Program-made: the position numbers and the translations under genes
Notes under the pieces: model-generated
Databases searched by the model: none
The model's input: only the letters and a program-made list of their open reading frames with translations
What the model was told of the DNA's origin: nothing
DNA from: an uncultured Chloroflexia bacterium
GTDB lineage: Bacteria; Chloroflexota; Dehalococcoidia; GIF9; UBA5629
DNA length: 64,000 bases
Direction: 5' to 3'
Assembly (NCBI GenBank): GCA_963705905.1
Contig: OY970123.1
Location: 839,921 to 903,920 of the forward strand
Part shown: in pieces, positions 50,261 through 59,981 of the stretch
Numbering within the stretch: the stretch's first letter is position 1
Layout: each line of letters opens with the position of its first letter

Positions 50261-50698
50261 ATGAGCGCCCTCAATAAAGTCCTGCTGGCGGTACTTTCGG
50301 CTGCTATCCTGGTTACCCTGGGCCTCATTATCTACCTTCAACTAACCCCGGTGCCTTCCGACAGGTTCACCGAATTTTACCTGCTGAACGCTGAGGGAAA
50401 GGCCGCCGATTACCCATCCGAGGCCCATGCCGGCATGCCGGTAACCGTTACGCTGGGAGTGATAAACCATGAGGGCAATACGGAAACTTACAGCATAAAC
50501 GTGGTCTCGAACGGAACAGCAATCCAATCCGTCAGCGTACCCGCCCTGGCACAGGACCAGAAATGGGAAGGGAAAACCAGTTTTACGCTGAGTACAGCGG
50601 GCGATAACCAAACGGTGCAGTTCTATCTATTTATGAATAACGATGCGAAGCCGCATATCAATGACCCCTTGCTTCTCAGGCTAAATGTTACCAAGTAG
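50261..50698 (+). CDS. hypothetical membrane-anchored protein
   Basis: N-terminal TM helix then beta-rich domain; 145 aa. Confidence 0.4.
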   Translation: MSALNKVLLAVLSAAILVTLGLIIYLQLTPVPSDRFTEFYLLNAEGKAADYPSEAHAGMPVTVTLGVINHEGNTETYSINVVSNGTAIQSVSVPALAQDQKWEGKTSFTLSTAGDNQTVQFYLFMNNDAKPHINDPLLLRLNVTK

Positions 50699-50781
50699 AG
50701 AATGTAGATTTTCAATAAGCGGTTAAACAGGCATATACTAGTGATATTGATTGAATTAACAGAATCCGGGTTATAAAAAAC

Positions 50782-52560
50782 ATGTGCGGAATTATCGGCT
50801 ACTGCGGCAACAACGGTAAGGCTTCATCCATCATCTTCGAGGGGCTGAAACGCATGGAATACCGCGGCTATGATTCCTCGGGTATAGCCATGATTTCCAG
50901 TGACGGCCTGGCGGTTAAAAAGGGCGTGGGCACGCTGGAAGAGGTAAACAAGAAATACAAGCTGGATAAAATGCCGGGCTATATGGGCCTGGGCCACACC
51001 CGCTGGGCTACGCATGGAGGCGTAACCAGGATCAATACCCATCCGCACTGCGACTGCAAAAACCAGATAGCCGTCATCCATAACGGCATAGTGGACAACT
51101 ACCAGGAACTAAGGGATGAATTGCTTAAAAAGGGACATCATCTTATATCGGAAACCGACACGGAAGTGATCCCCCACCAGCTCGAAGAGGAGATGAAAAA
51201 AGGCCGCTCGCTCGAGGAAGCCGTGTTGCATGTGGCGCCCAGGCTGCACGGCTCATATGCCTTCCTGGCCATCTCCACCAAGGAGCCCAACAAAATCGTC
51301 GGCACACGCAAGGGCAGCCCGCTGGTGGTCGGTACGGGCGACCACAAAGCTTTTGCCGCCAGCGATTCGCTGGCGCTCACCGGACTGATCGATCATCTCT
51401 ATTTGCTGGGAGATGGTGAAACGGCCGTTTTAACGCCAAAGAAAACAAGATTTTACGACCACACGGGACGCGAGATACGAAAAAAGTCCATTAAGCCGGA
51501 TGTTATGTGGGGAGAAAGCAAGAAGGGCAACTACGACTATTTCATGCTGAAGGAGATCATGGAGCAGCCCAAAACTCTGATTGCCGCGGCCGACCAGGAC
51601 AAGGAGAATTTCACCAGCATTGCGTTGGATATACTCAGGGCCGACCAGGTGATCATAACGGCCTGCGGTTCATCCCGTTATGCCGCCCTGGTGGGCAGGT
51701 ACTTGTTTTCCAGCGTGGGCAAGAAATTCGCCGAAGTCGTCATGGCTTCGGAGTTCCAGTACTTTGCCGATTCTGTAAGCAAGAACACCCTGGTGCTGGC
51801 CATATCCCAGAGCGGTGAGACGCTGGACGTCGTAGACGGCGTGCAACTGGCGCGCAAGGCCGGGGCCAAGATCGTATCCATCATCAACAGGCCGCAATCG
51901 CTGCTGGGCGAGCTCAGCCACAAGGTTATCTATTTGAATTGCGGTCCTGAGATCGGCGTCTGCGCCACCAAGTCATTCCTGAACCAGGTGGCCGTCTTCT
52001 ACCTGCTGGCTTTCTCCATGGTCCATGGTTTCGACCAGGCGCTCGAGGACATCCGTAAGGTGGGCAAGCAGGTATCGAAGGTGATTGAGTGGAACAAGGA
52101 TGAGATCAACCGTATATGTGAGCGTTACTACAAAAATAACGATTTTTACTATATTGCGCGCGGTATCAATTTTGCCATCGCTTCCGAAGGCGCCCTCAAA
52201 CTGAAGGAAATTTCTTATATTCACGCCGAGGGCATGCCCGCCGGCGAGCTAAAACATGGCACACTCTCGCTTATTGAAGAGGGCACGCCGGTCCTGGCTA
52301 TTTGCCCGGCCGATTACACATACGCTGAGACTTTGAGCAACGCCATAGAAGCTAAGTCCAGGGGCGCCAAAATCATCGCTGTTTCAGACAAGGACAACGA
52401 GATCTACGACCACTGGATCAGGCTTCCAAAGGTGCACGAGCTGCTTTATCCCATCGTGGCTGTGGTCCCTTTGCAGCTGCTGGCCTATCACATGGCTATC
52501 AAACGCGGGCACAATCCCGATATGCCGCGCAACCTGGCCAAGTCGGTTACTGTTAAATAG
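50782..52560 (+). CDS. glmS: glutamine--fructose-6-phosphate aminotransferase
   Basis: MCGIIGY N-terminal nucleophile, two SIS domains; 592 aa. Confidence 0.95.
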   Translation: MCGIIGYCGNNGKASSIIFEGLKRMEYRGYDSSGIAMISSDGLAVKKGVGTLEEVNKKYKLDKMPGYMGLGHTRWATHGGVTRINTHPHCDCKNQIAVIHNGIVDNYQELRDELLKKGHHLISETDTEVIPHQLEEEMKKGRSLEEAVLHVAPRLHGSYAFLAISTKEPNKIVGTRKGSPLVVGTGDHKAFAASDSLALTGLIDHLYLLGDGETAVLTPKKTRFYDHTGREIRKKSIKPDVMWGESKKGNYDYFMLKEIMEQPKTLIAAADQDKENFTSIALDILRADQVIITACGSSRYAALVGRYLFSSVGKKFAEVVMASEFQYFADSVSKNTLVLAISQSGETLDVVDGVQLARKAGAKIVSIINRPQSLLGELSHKVIYLNCGPEIGVCATKSFLNQVAVFYLLAFSMVHGFDQALEDIRKVGKQVSKVIEWNKDEINRICERYYKNNDFYYIARGINFAIASEGALKLKEISYIHAEGMPAGELKHGTLSLIEEGTPVLAICPADYTYAETLSNAIEAKSRGAKIIAVSDKDNEIYDHWIRLPKVHELLYPIVAVVPLQLLAYHMAIKRGHNPDMPRNLAKSVTVK

Positions 52561-52595
52561 GCAGGGATTTATCCCTCACCCCCTGCGAGTTCCTT

Positions 52596-53140
52596 AACCC
52601 GTCATTGCGAGCGAAGCGAAGCAATCCTTTGTACGAAGGCAAAAGGCCGGTAGCAATGACAAAAGATTGCCACGTCAGCCCCCTGCGGGGGAAATTCCAA
52701 ATTCCAAATTCCAATGGACCACGTCATTGCGAGCGAAGCGAAGCAATCCTTTGTGCGAAGGCGCGAGGCTTGCAGCAATGACAAAAGATTGCCACGTCGC
52801 CCTGTGGGGCTCCTCGCAATGACGTGCCAATATAAAGCAGAAGGAACAGGTTCCCTCTTCAACGCCTTCTTTTTTGTGAAAATGTAGGGACGGGTCTTGA
52901 GACCTGTCCGAAAAGGCGGGCGCACCTGAAGGTACGCCCCTACACTACATGCGAGGGCGGGCACCTTAACCCGTCATTGCGAGCGAAGCGAAGCAATCCT
53001 TTGTGCGAAGGCGCGAGGCTTGCAGCAATGACAAAAGATTGCCACGTCAGCCCCCTGCGGGGGAAATTCTAAATTCCAAGCTCCAAATTCCAACTGACCA
53101 CGTCATTGCGAAGGTGAACTCCTAACCCGTCATTAAAAGC
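52596..53140. repeat. cluster of structured ~100-bp dispersed-repeat units
   Basis: Three full copies of cgtcattgcgagcgaagcgaagcaatcctttgt.cgaaggc...caatgacaaaagattgccacgtc (52600, 52727, 52973) plus partial copies. Each is followed by a ccccctgcggggg hairpin and aaattcca x3 in two cases. Confidence 0.65.
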
Positions 53141-53588
53141 CCAATCGAAGGAACCAAGCACCTGCGTCCAGAGGGCGTTGAAGAGGGGCTGCAAAGCCCC
53201 TCTTAGAAAACCACCCCTCTCCCTTTAAAGGGGGTTCTCTTATATCTCTATTGATACTCATATTATCGACCTGCTATGATTAATACATAGGGAGTTATCT
53301 ATGGATAAGTATGAAGATAATATTGAAACCGAGGCAATGAAAGAAGCTGCCAAACGAGAAAAACGGCTCAAAATATCCAATGTTGAAAATGAAGTAAACA
53401 AAGCTGCAAAAGCCAACGCACTCAATAATTTACTTCTTAATGAGCTAGATAGTGCGATTGAGCGTAGGCATTTCAAAGGCAAGAAGAAGTAAATTGATTT
53501 ACAAGGCTTATTTATGAAGCGAGATATTATTGTAGGTGTAATTGCTATAGCATTCCTCGCCTTGTTGCAATTGCTACATGTTATTGAT

Positions 53589-53933
53589 TTAGTTGGAATT
53601 ATCACGTTTATCTTGCACCCCGATGTCAATACGCTGGCTGACTTTACCAAATCCCTGCTTGTGGGCTTGGTTATTGTCATAATTATTGGAGCCTTCATAA
53701 AGCTTATCGTAGATATCTCTCATGGGAATAGAAGTCGAAGAGGCCATTGATTTCTTAATTTCTCTGACTCGATATAACAGGTATAAATCTATCATAATCA
53801 CTGAAGCACATAACCATCCCAATTGCCAGACAATTATTCCTGTAATTAGCATTGAGAAGATTATCATGTAACTCACGATATGTTGAGTACGATATGATAA
53901 TTTCGAAGCTTTGCTAGCAATATAGTCAAACAT
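53589..53933 (-). CDS. small membrane protein, hypothetical (coupled to transposase)
   Basis: Starts 1 nt after the transposase stop, gagg RBS, two predicted TM helices. Competing plus-strand ORFs 53301-53492 and 53514-53750 cannot be excluded. Confidence 0.35.
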   Translation of the reverse strand: MFDYIASKASKLSYRTQHIVSYMIIFSMLITGIIVWQLGWLCASVIMIDLYLLYRVREIKKSMASSTSIPMRDIYDKLYEGSNNYDNNQAHKQGFGKVSQRIDIGVQDKRDNSN

Positions 53934-53934
53934 G

Positions 53935-54993
53935 CTATTTGTAAAACCTCAATGATTTAATCTCTTGAATTATTGGCTGTGGCCTTCGCCCGCCACCCTT
54001 GCTCTTTGGGACATGCTTAATGCCAGTGCGTCTTTCCGTTAAGAGCCTACGCTTGTGTAATCTTGAATCAGCCTGTTTCCTTTCCCTATCTGTAAACCTG
54101 ACATATGGCAAAGGTGAAACATCAAACGAAGCTCTTGGCAATGTCAATTTAGCCATTTCGGGAGTGCATCTTATCAATACTTCCCAATCTTTATATGGGA
54201 ATTGTATTTGAGCCTTATTTGCAGGCGTAGTGCCGATCGTTTCATGTGGTCGGAAATAGTTATAATTTACTAGGAAGCCGTCAAGTAGCAACTGCGCCGA
54301 TTCAGGGCTTTTAAGGTCTCTCATGACTTTTGTGCGTTCTTTGATAGTGCCCTGCATCCGCTCGATGATGTTGTTGTTCGGCCTAGCTGTGAATTTCTTG
54401 ACTTGCAAATGCTTTGCTTTGTCTCCAAAGGTATGCCGGATGCCGTAGACATATGCTTCCATATGGTCGGTCATAATAACTTTAGGTATACGACCAGTTC
54501 GAGCATAGGCTTCCTTCATAACCTCGTGGACATCTTCTACTCTGCGAGTCAGAGATAAAAACGAAGCTATCAAGAACCTCGTCTTGACATCAATCACATC
54601 AAGAAGCCAATATTGTTTCCCTGCTACATTTATTACGGTCTCATCGGCTAACCAAACATAACCTACTTCTGGCTTATATCGATTGGTTATATTGACCGCA
54701 TCTTTGGTAAACCTTTCTACCCAGTTATAGATTGCAAAATCGGATAGGTCTAAACCATATATTTGTTTTAGTTCTTGCTTAATGTCATTGACCGACATGC
54801 CCTTGTAAAACATCGAGACCGCCGCCGAGACCGCACTGGCGGGCGTTTTCATGTGGATTAACGCATCTTTAAGATTGAACCTGCGCTTGCAGGATCGGCA
54901 CAGGTAGTATTGCTCACCTACGTTAGTGCCATCCTTCACGATGTCATCTGAATTGCAGTATTTGCAGGCAATCTCGCTCACGAGAAATTCCAT
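53935..54993 (-). CDS. DDE transposase, IS6/IS26-like with N-terminal zinc ribbon
   Basis: CKYCNSDDIVKDG...YLCRSCKRRF ribbon; DDE region WLADETVINVAGKQYWLLDVIDVKTRFLIASFLSLTRR ... VIMTDHMEAY ... NNIIERMQGTIKER. Confidence 0.7.
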   Translation of the reverse strand: MEFLVSEIACKYCNSDDIVKDGTNVGEQYYLCRSCKRRFNLKDALIHMKTPASAVSAAVSMFYKGMSVNDIKQELKQIYGLDLSDFAIYNWVERFTKDAVNITNRYKPEVGYVWLADETVINVAGKQYWLLDVIDVKTRFLIASFLSLTRRVEDVHEVMKEAYARTGRIPKVIMTDHMEAYVYGIRHTFGDKAKHLQVKKFTARPNNNIIERMQGTIKERTKVMRDLKSPESAQLLLDGFLVNYNYFRPHETIGTTPANKAQIQFPYKDWEVLIRCTPEMAKLTLPRASFDVSPLPYVRFTDRERKQADSRLHKRRLLTERRTGIKHVPKSKGGGRRPQPIIQEIKSLRFYK

Positions 54994-55092
54994 CCTTCAA
55001 TTCTATTAAATGAGATACCACATTTGTAAGGGTTATAAATCAATCTGTCATATATATCTGATATAATACGCATGACGTTGCGGAGGTGTGAG

Positions 55093-55443
55093 ATGCCAGC
55101 GGAAAGAAGATGGTACAAATTCACTCGTGAGAATGTCGAAAAACTTCCCAAAGGTAAAATCGGCGTATACGTATTGGCTAATGAGAACAAGAAACCAATG
55201 CGTACCGGAAGCAGTACGAGCGAAAATGTTGGCATTCGTGGCCGTCTAATTTCGCACATAATTCATAATACCTGTCCAGAAGCTAAATACTTTAGATTTG
55301 CCTATGCCAATTCTCCCCAAGAAGCACTTAATATGGAGGCTAATGCGTATAATCATTACATTCGACAAAATCCTGTCGAAATGTCAAAACATACCAAACG
55401 CATCCCTCGCAAACGTGAAATAGATGACTTCTGGTTATTTTAG
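55093..55443 (+). CDS. GIY-YIG-like small protein (passenger in IS-like element)
   Basis: ggagg RBS 8 nt upstream of the ATG; GVYVL ... RTGSS ... RGRLISH spacing resembles the GIY-(10-11 aa)-YIG-R-H pattern. Confidence 0.35.
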   Translation: MPAERRWYKFTRENVEKLPKGKIGVYVLANENKKPMRTGSSTSENVGIRGRLISHIIHNTCPEAKYFRFAYANSPQEALNMEANAYNHYIRQNPVEMSKHTKRIPRKREIDDFWLF

Positions 55444-55771
55444 TTCTTTATTTTGGTAATCTTGACATTGCTTCGGAATAATGGCTTTGCCATCTTTGCA
55501 TGGCGATCACAGAAAGGCAAACCCGCCATTATAATTGTTGCTGGCTTTTGACACGTGTGCCCGTTGCCAAGTTCCATCTGACATTTTTTCATTTTCCCTC
55601 TCCTTTTAGTTTTTATTTATCGAGAGATTCTACTTATACTCTTATCAATAGAGATATAAGAGAACCTTAAAGGGAGAGGGCAGGGTGAGGGTAGAAAGCT
55701 TGAAGCAATGACGTGTCAGCATAGCCGGTTATATTGACTAAGCATCATATTCCAGATACTCTTTTAAACAA

Positions 55772-56482
55772 ATGAATCATAATAATCATTCTCCCACAAT
55801 CATTGCTGTAATCCCCTGCCTGAATGAAGAAAGGTTTATCGGCGGCGTTGTAGCCAGGGCCGTAAAATACGTAAACCGGGTGATAGTCGTGGATGATGGC
55901 TCCAGCGATCAAACTTCGCAAGAAGCTATTAAGGCCGGAGCCGAGGTCATCCGGCACCCGGCCAGCCGGGGCGCCGGAGCTGCGACCAAAACAGGACTGG
56001 AAGCTGCGCTCAAGAGCGGCGCAGACATTATCGTCACTTTGGACGGCGATAACCAGCATGACCCCGATGAAATCCCTAACGTTCTCAAGCCTTTTGCCAA
56101 CGGTGAAGCTGACCTCGTCATAGGGTCACGCTTTCTTAAAGAGGCCTGCGTGCCCTTTTTCCGCAAGCTCGGAATCGATTTAATCACCGGGCTTTATAAC
56201 GCCGGACACAAAGAGAAGATCGTGGACGGGCAGAGTGGTTTCCGCGCCTATAACAGGAGGGCGGCAGAGGCCATGAACATCACCTACCCTGGCTTCGGAT
56301 TCAGCATCCAGACCCTGGTACAGGCACGCAAAAAAGGGCTGAAAATTACAGAGGCGCCCATATCCTGCATTTATCACGATGCAGGTTCGACCGAACACCC
56401 GTTTGTACATGGCCTGACCGTTGCGCTGGCCGTTATTAAAATCAGAATGAGGGAAGAATTCTTCAAAACAGGTAAAAGCTGA
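55772..56482 (+). CDS. family 2 glycosyltransferase (polyprenol-phosphate sugar transferase-like)
   Basis: IIAVIPCLNEE ... VIVVDDGSSD ... DGD pattern. Confidence 0.8.
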   Translation: MNHNNHSPTIIAVIPCLNEERFIGGVVARAVKYVNRVIVVDDGSSDQTSQEAIKAGAEVIRHPASRGAGAATKTGLEAALKSGADIIVTLDGDNQHDPDEIPNVLKPFANGEADLVIGSRFLKEACVPFFRKLGIDLITGLYNAGHKEKIVDGQSGFRAYNRRAAEAMNITYPGFGFSIQTLVQARKKGLKITEAPISCIYHDAGSTEHPFVHGLTVALAVIKIRMREEFFKTGKS

Positions 56483-56487
56483 AGCAA

Positions 56488-57618
56488 ATGAAAGTCCTGT
56501 TCGTGCTGGAAAATTATTTTCCTTTCATCGGCGGGGCCGAGGTGCTGTTCAAGAACCTGTGCGAAGGCCTCGTAGCGAAAGGTTACGAGGTCACGGTGAT
56601 AACCAGCAGCCTTCCGCAAGCCCCTTACAATGAGATGGTAAACGGGGTCCAGGTGCTGCGAGTTCAAACACCACGCAAAGGATCGCGCTACTGGTTCACG
56701 TTCATGGCCATCCCGCAGGCTCTCAAACGGGTAAAAAAGTTCGACATAGTCCAGACTACGACTTATAACGGCGCTTTCCCCGCCTGGCTGGCAGCCGGGC
56801 TGGCCGGTAAAAAATGCATTATCACGGTGCATGAAATCATCGGCTCCGGTTGGAAAGATATGCAGGGCATGAACACGCTGACGGCCTGGCTGCACAGGTT
56901 TTTGGAATGGGTCATCGTTGCACTGCCTTTCAACCGCTACATGACGGTATCACAATATACTGCCAAACAGCTGGAAAAATACCATATCAGCCCTAAAAAG
57001 ATATCAACATCTTACAACGGCATCGACTACGATTTTTTTAATATCGCCAAGGCGGACAGGCCGGCCATCAGGGAAATGCTCGGGCTGAAGGACAATTTCG
57101 TTTATATGTATTTCGGCAGGCCGGGCATCTCAAAGGGAGTAGAATACCTGGTTGCGGCAGTGCCCCTCATATCCAGGGAGATCCCCGATGCCAGGCTACT
57201 CCTTTTAATGGGTAAGGAACCGGCGGAAGGCTTTAAAAAAATACTGGCGTTGGTCAAGGAAATGCAGATAGAAGCCCGGGTCTTAGTACATGATCCTGTG
57301 CCGCGTATAGAGTTGCCCGGCTACATCGCCTCCGCAGACTGTGTCGTAGTCCCTTCTATTACAGAGGGATTCGGGTTCACCGCTGCCGAAGCCTGCGCCA
57401 TGGACAGGCCGGTGGTGGTCTCGAATGTCGGATCGCTGCCCGAGATAGTGTCCGGGACATACGTCATGGTGGAGCCCAGGGACGCTGCTGCCATAGCTAA
57501 TGGCGTAATCAGGATTCATCGTGGAGAAGCGATCACCAGTGAGAAGAAACATTTTTACTGGGCCAGTTGTATCGACAACTATGATAAAATTTACCGGCAG
57601 GAAACGGGTAATTCCTGA
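56488..57618 (+). CDS. family 4 glycosyltransferase
   Basis: GT-B fold; GGAEV motif near the N-terminus, C-terminal EGFGFTAAEACAMDRPVV. Confidence 0.8.
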   Translation: MKVLFVLENYFPFIGGAEVLFKNLCEGLVAKGYEVTVITSSLPQAPYNEMVNGVQVLRVQTPRKGSRYWFTFMAIPQALKRVKKFDIVQTTTYNGAFPAWLAAGLAGKKCIITVHEIIGSGWKDMQGMNTLTAWLHRFLEWVIVALPFNRYMTVSQYTAKQLEKYHISPKKISTSYNGIDYDFFNIAKADRPAIREMLGLKDNFVYMYFGRPGISKGVEYLVAAVPLISREIPDARLLLLMGKEPAEGFKKILALVKEMQIEARVLVHDPVPRIELPGYIASADCVVVPSITEGFGFTAAEACAMDRPVVVSNVGSLPEIVSGTYVMVEPRDAAAIANGVIRIHRGEAITSEKKHFYWASCIDNYDKIYRQETGNS

Positions 57619-57632
57619 AAAGGAGAGGTAAA

Positions 57633-58856
57633 GTGAGTTTTAAAAACAAGAATGTACTCATTACGGGCATCAGCGGCTTCGTCGGCTCTTACCTGGCCGA
57701 CCATCTCATAAAACAGGGCGCTAATGTTTTCGGCCTCTTCCGCAGGCGCGCCGACGGCATATGTCCCTATAACCTTAAATGCCTGGGAATTCATGACGAT
57801 GTCGATTTAGTAGAGAGCGACCTGCTGGATATATCCAGCATAGCTTCGGCACTCGATAAGGCCAGGCCCGACTTTATCTTTCACCTGGGAGCACAATCCT
57901 TCGTGCACCGGTCCTTCGTCAGTCCCAGCGAGACTATGGACATCAACTGTGCCGGCACCAGCAACCTCCTGGAAGCAGTGCGGAACAAGGCCATCAGCCC
58001 TGTCATCGTCTTTGCCGGCAGCAGCGAAGAATACGGGCTGGTTATTTACTCGGAAGCACAGTACAAGGAGGCTAAAAAGAAATACGGGGTCATATTCCCC
58101 GAACCGGTCAAAATTCCCGAGGTACCCATCACCGAGGAAAACCCCTTGCGCCCGATGTCTCCCTACGCCGTCACCAAACTCTACGGCGACTTCCTGATGA
58201 GGAATTACCATGCCAGCTACGGGTTGAAAACTATAGTTTCAAGGGGCTTCAACCACGAGGGCGCGGGCAGGGGAATCATGTTCGTTACTTCCAACATCAC
58301 CCAGCAGGTAATGAAGCTGAAGAGGGGAGAGACCGACAAGATAGTTATCGGCAACGTCAATTCCTTCCGGGACTGGTCACACGTGACCGACATTGTCAAG
58401 GGTTACTGCCTGCTGGCCCAGAAAGGTACGTACGGTGACGTCTATAACCAGGGCTCGCAGCGCACCAACTCGGTTATCACTTACCTGCTGCTCAGCCTGG
58501 AATGCGCCGGCTATAAAGTTGAAAAAATCCAGTCTATCAAGGGCAAAAAAGTAGTCTCCAGCCCCACTGCCGCGGACAGGACCAAGTTCTCCGGGCTCAG
58601 CTTCGAAAAAACTAAAATCGACCGGATGCTGCTGGACGGCGAGATCGAGTTCAAGGCCGAAGACGGCGGGCTGAACGTCTTTACCGGCAAGGGTAAGATC
58701 AGCGTCGTCTTCGATGCGGACCGCTTCAGGCCGGCGGAAGTGCCGATACTCCTGGCCTGCACGGCCAAGATAGATAAACTGGGCTTTAAAACGGCTTACA
58801 GCCTGAGGGACATTATTACCGACCAGTTGAATTATTACCTCGACCCTTCGCGGTAG
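57633..58856 (+). CDS. NAD-dependent epimerase/dehydratase (GDP-mannose-4,6-dehydratase-like) with C-terminal extension
   Basis: VLITGISGFVGSYLADHL Rossmann motif, catalytic YAVTK; 407 aa. Confidence 0.75.
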   Translation: MSFKNKNVLITGISGFVGSYLADHLIKQGANVFGLFRRRADGICPYNLKCLGIHDDVDLVESDLLDISSIASALDKARPDFIFHLGAQSFVHRSFVSPSETMDINCAGTSNLLEAVRNKAISPVIVFAGSSEEYGLVIYSEAQYKEAKKKYGVIFPEPVKIPEVPITEENPLRPMSPYAVTKLYGDFLMRNYHASYGLKTIVSRGFNHEGAGRGIMFVTSNITQQVMKLKRGETDKIVIGNVNSFRDWSHVTDIVKGYCLLAQKGTYGDVYNQGSQRTNSVITYLLLSLECAGYKVEKIQSIKGKKVVSSPTAADRTKFSGLSFEKTKIDRMLLDGEIEFKAEDGGLNVFTGKGKISVVFDADRFRPAEVPILLACTAKIDKLGFKTAYSLRDIITDQLNYYLDPSR

Positions 58857-58898
58857 TGTCCGGAGGAGAGTCACTATTCCGGCTTGCAGGAATTTTCA

Positions 58899-59981
58899 AT
58901 GAAAATAGCTTTGCTAACGCCCACTTTTTCCTGCTTCAGCGGCATCGACAGGGTGGTCGACTGGCAGGCACGCAAGCTGATAGAAAGGGGCGACACGCTA
59001 GACATATTCGCCTTTGATTCCGATATGCAGCCTTCTTCGCAGGCCACGCTCCATATCCTGGGTATGCCAAAACTCCCCTTCTGGCAGCGCCTGTACAGGC
59101 TTCTTCTGCCCCTGGACCTCATTAAAAACGGGCGGACCGTCTCGAAGCTCGGCAAATACGATGTCGTCTACAGCCACCAGTACCCGATGAACTGGCTGGC
59201 ATACCTGGCCAAAAGGAAATTCGGACTGAAATATATTTACTATGACTATGGAATCGCTCCTCCCGGGGCCTTCGGAAACTGCGCGGAGAAGGCCTATATT
59301 TCTATTTTCACCATGTTTGCCAACCTGACGGCAAGAAAGGCCGACGGAGCTGTCTCCATCAGCCGCTACCTGCAGGAAAGGCTGAAGCAGGATACCGGGT
59401 TGACCAGCGAGGTAGTATATCCGAGGATAGATGCGGGCAGGTTCCATGAGGGCATCGATGGGGTGTCCATCAGGCAGAAATACGGGCTGGGAAGCGGTCC
59501 GGTGGTCCTTTACGTGGGCAGGGTTTCACCGCATAAGGGCATCCACCTGCTTATGGATGCATTCAGGCAGGTTAAAAGCAGCTTGCCAGGGGCGCACCTG
59601 CTCATCGTGGGAAAACATACATTCGATAGCTACTCGCGCCGCCTCCAAGCCGGGCAGGATGACAGCGTGATTTTTACCGGCTATGTGCCGGATGATGAGA
59701 TGCCCCAATACTACGCAGCCTGCGATATCTACGCTACGGCTACGTTATGGGAAGGCTTCGACCTTCCCCTGGCTGAAGCGGGGGCCTGCGGCAAGCCGGC
59801 GGTAGCATTCGCGATCGGGCCCCATCCCGAGATAACGGTAGACGGCAAAACGGGGTTCCTGGTACAACCCGGGGATTCGGATGCGATGGCAAATGCCATC
59901 AGGCAGCTGATAAATGACGAAAACCTGCGGCGGGAGATGGGCGGTCAGGCAGCTAAATTCATCCGGGAGAATTTTACTTAA
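58899..59981 (+). CDS. family 4 glycosyltransferase
   Basis: Start at the MKIALLTP ATG; C-terminal EGFDLPLAEAGACGKPAVA. Confidence 0.8.
   Translation: MKIALLTPTFSCFSGIDRVVDWQARKLIERGDTLDIFAFDSDMQPSSQATLHILGMPKLPFWQRLYRLLLPLDLIKNGRTVSKLGKYDVVYSHQYPMNWLAYLAKRKFGLKYIYYDYGIAPPGAFGNCAEKAYISIFTMFANLTARKADGAVSISRYLQERLKQDTGLTSEVVYPRIDAGRFHEGIDGVSIRQKYGLGSGPVVLYVGRVSPHKGIHLLMDAFRQVKSSLPGAHLLIVGKHTFDSYSRRLQAGQDDSVIFTGYVPDDEMPQYYAACDIYATATLWEGFDLPLAEAGACGKPAVAFAIGPHPEITVDGKTGFLVQPGDSDAMANAIRQLINDENLRREMGGQAAKFIRENFT

Larger units (their letters stand above)
53215..55682. mobile_element. IS-like element with 36-39-bp imperfect terminal inverted repeats
   Basis: Left end ccctctccctttaaagggggttctcttatatctctattgata (53215-53253); right end tatcaatagagatataagagaaccttaaagggagaggg (55644-55682). 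AT-rich interior with transposase and passenger ORFs. Confidence 0.55.

Noticed and set aside
52561-52700. glmS ribozyme
   Set aside because: The repeats lie downstream, not in the 5-prime UTR, of glmS and do not resemble the ribozyme core as I recall it; the glmS upstream region (50700-50781) is too short for the ribozyme
52596-53140. Possible CRISPR array suggested by recurring ~30-nt motif downstream of glmS
   Set aside because: Units are ~100 bp with internal complementary segments, spacing is irregular (126 and 246 bp), intervening sequences are partly homologous to each other, and no cas genes are present; it behaves as a dispersed or tandem structured repeat, not a repeat-spacer array
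53301-53750. Plus-strand ORFs 53301-53492 and 53514-53750 inside the IS-like element
   Set aside because: 53514-53750 overlaps the better-supported minus-strand membrane-protein ORF that is coupled to the transposase; 53301-53492 has a plausible RBS but no features, so it is left uncalled and mentioned as an alternative
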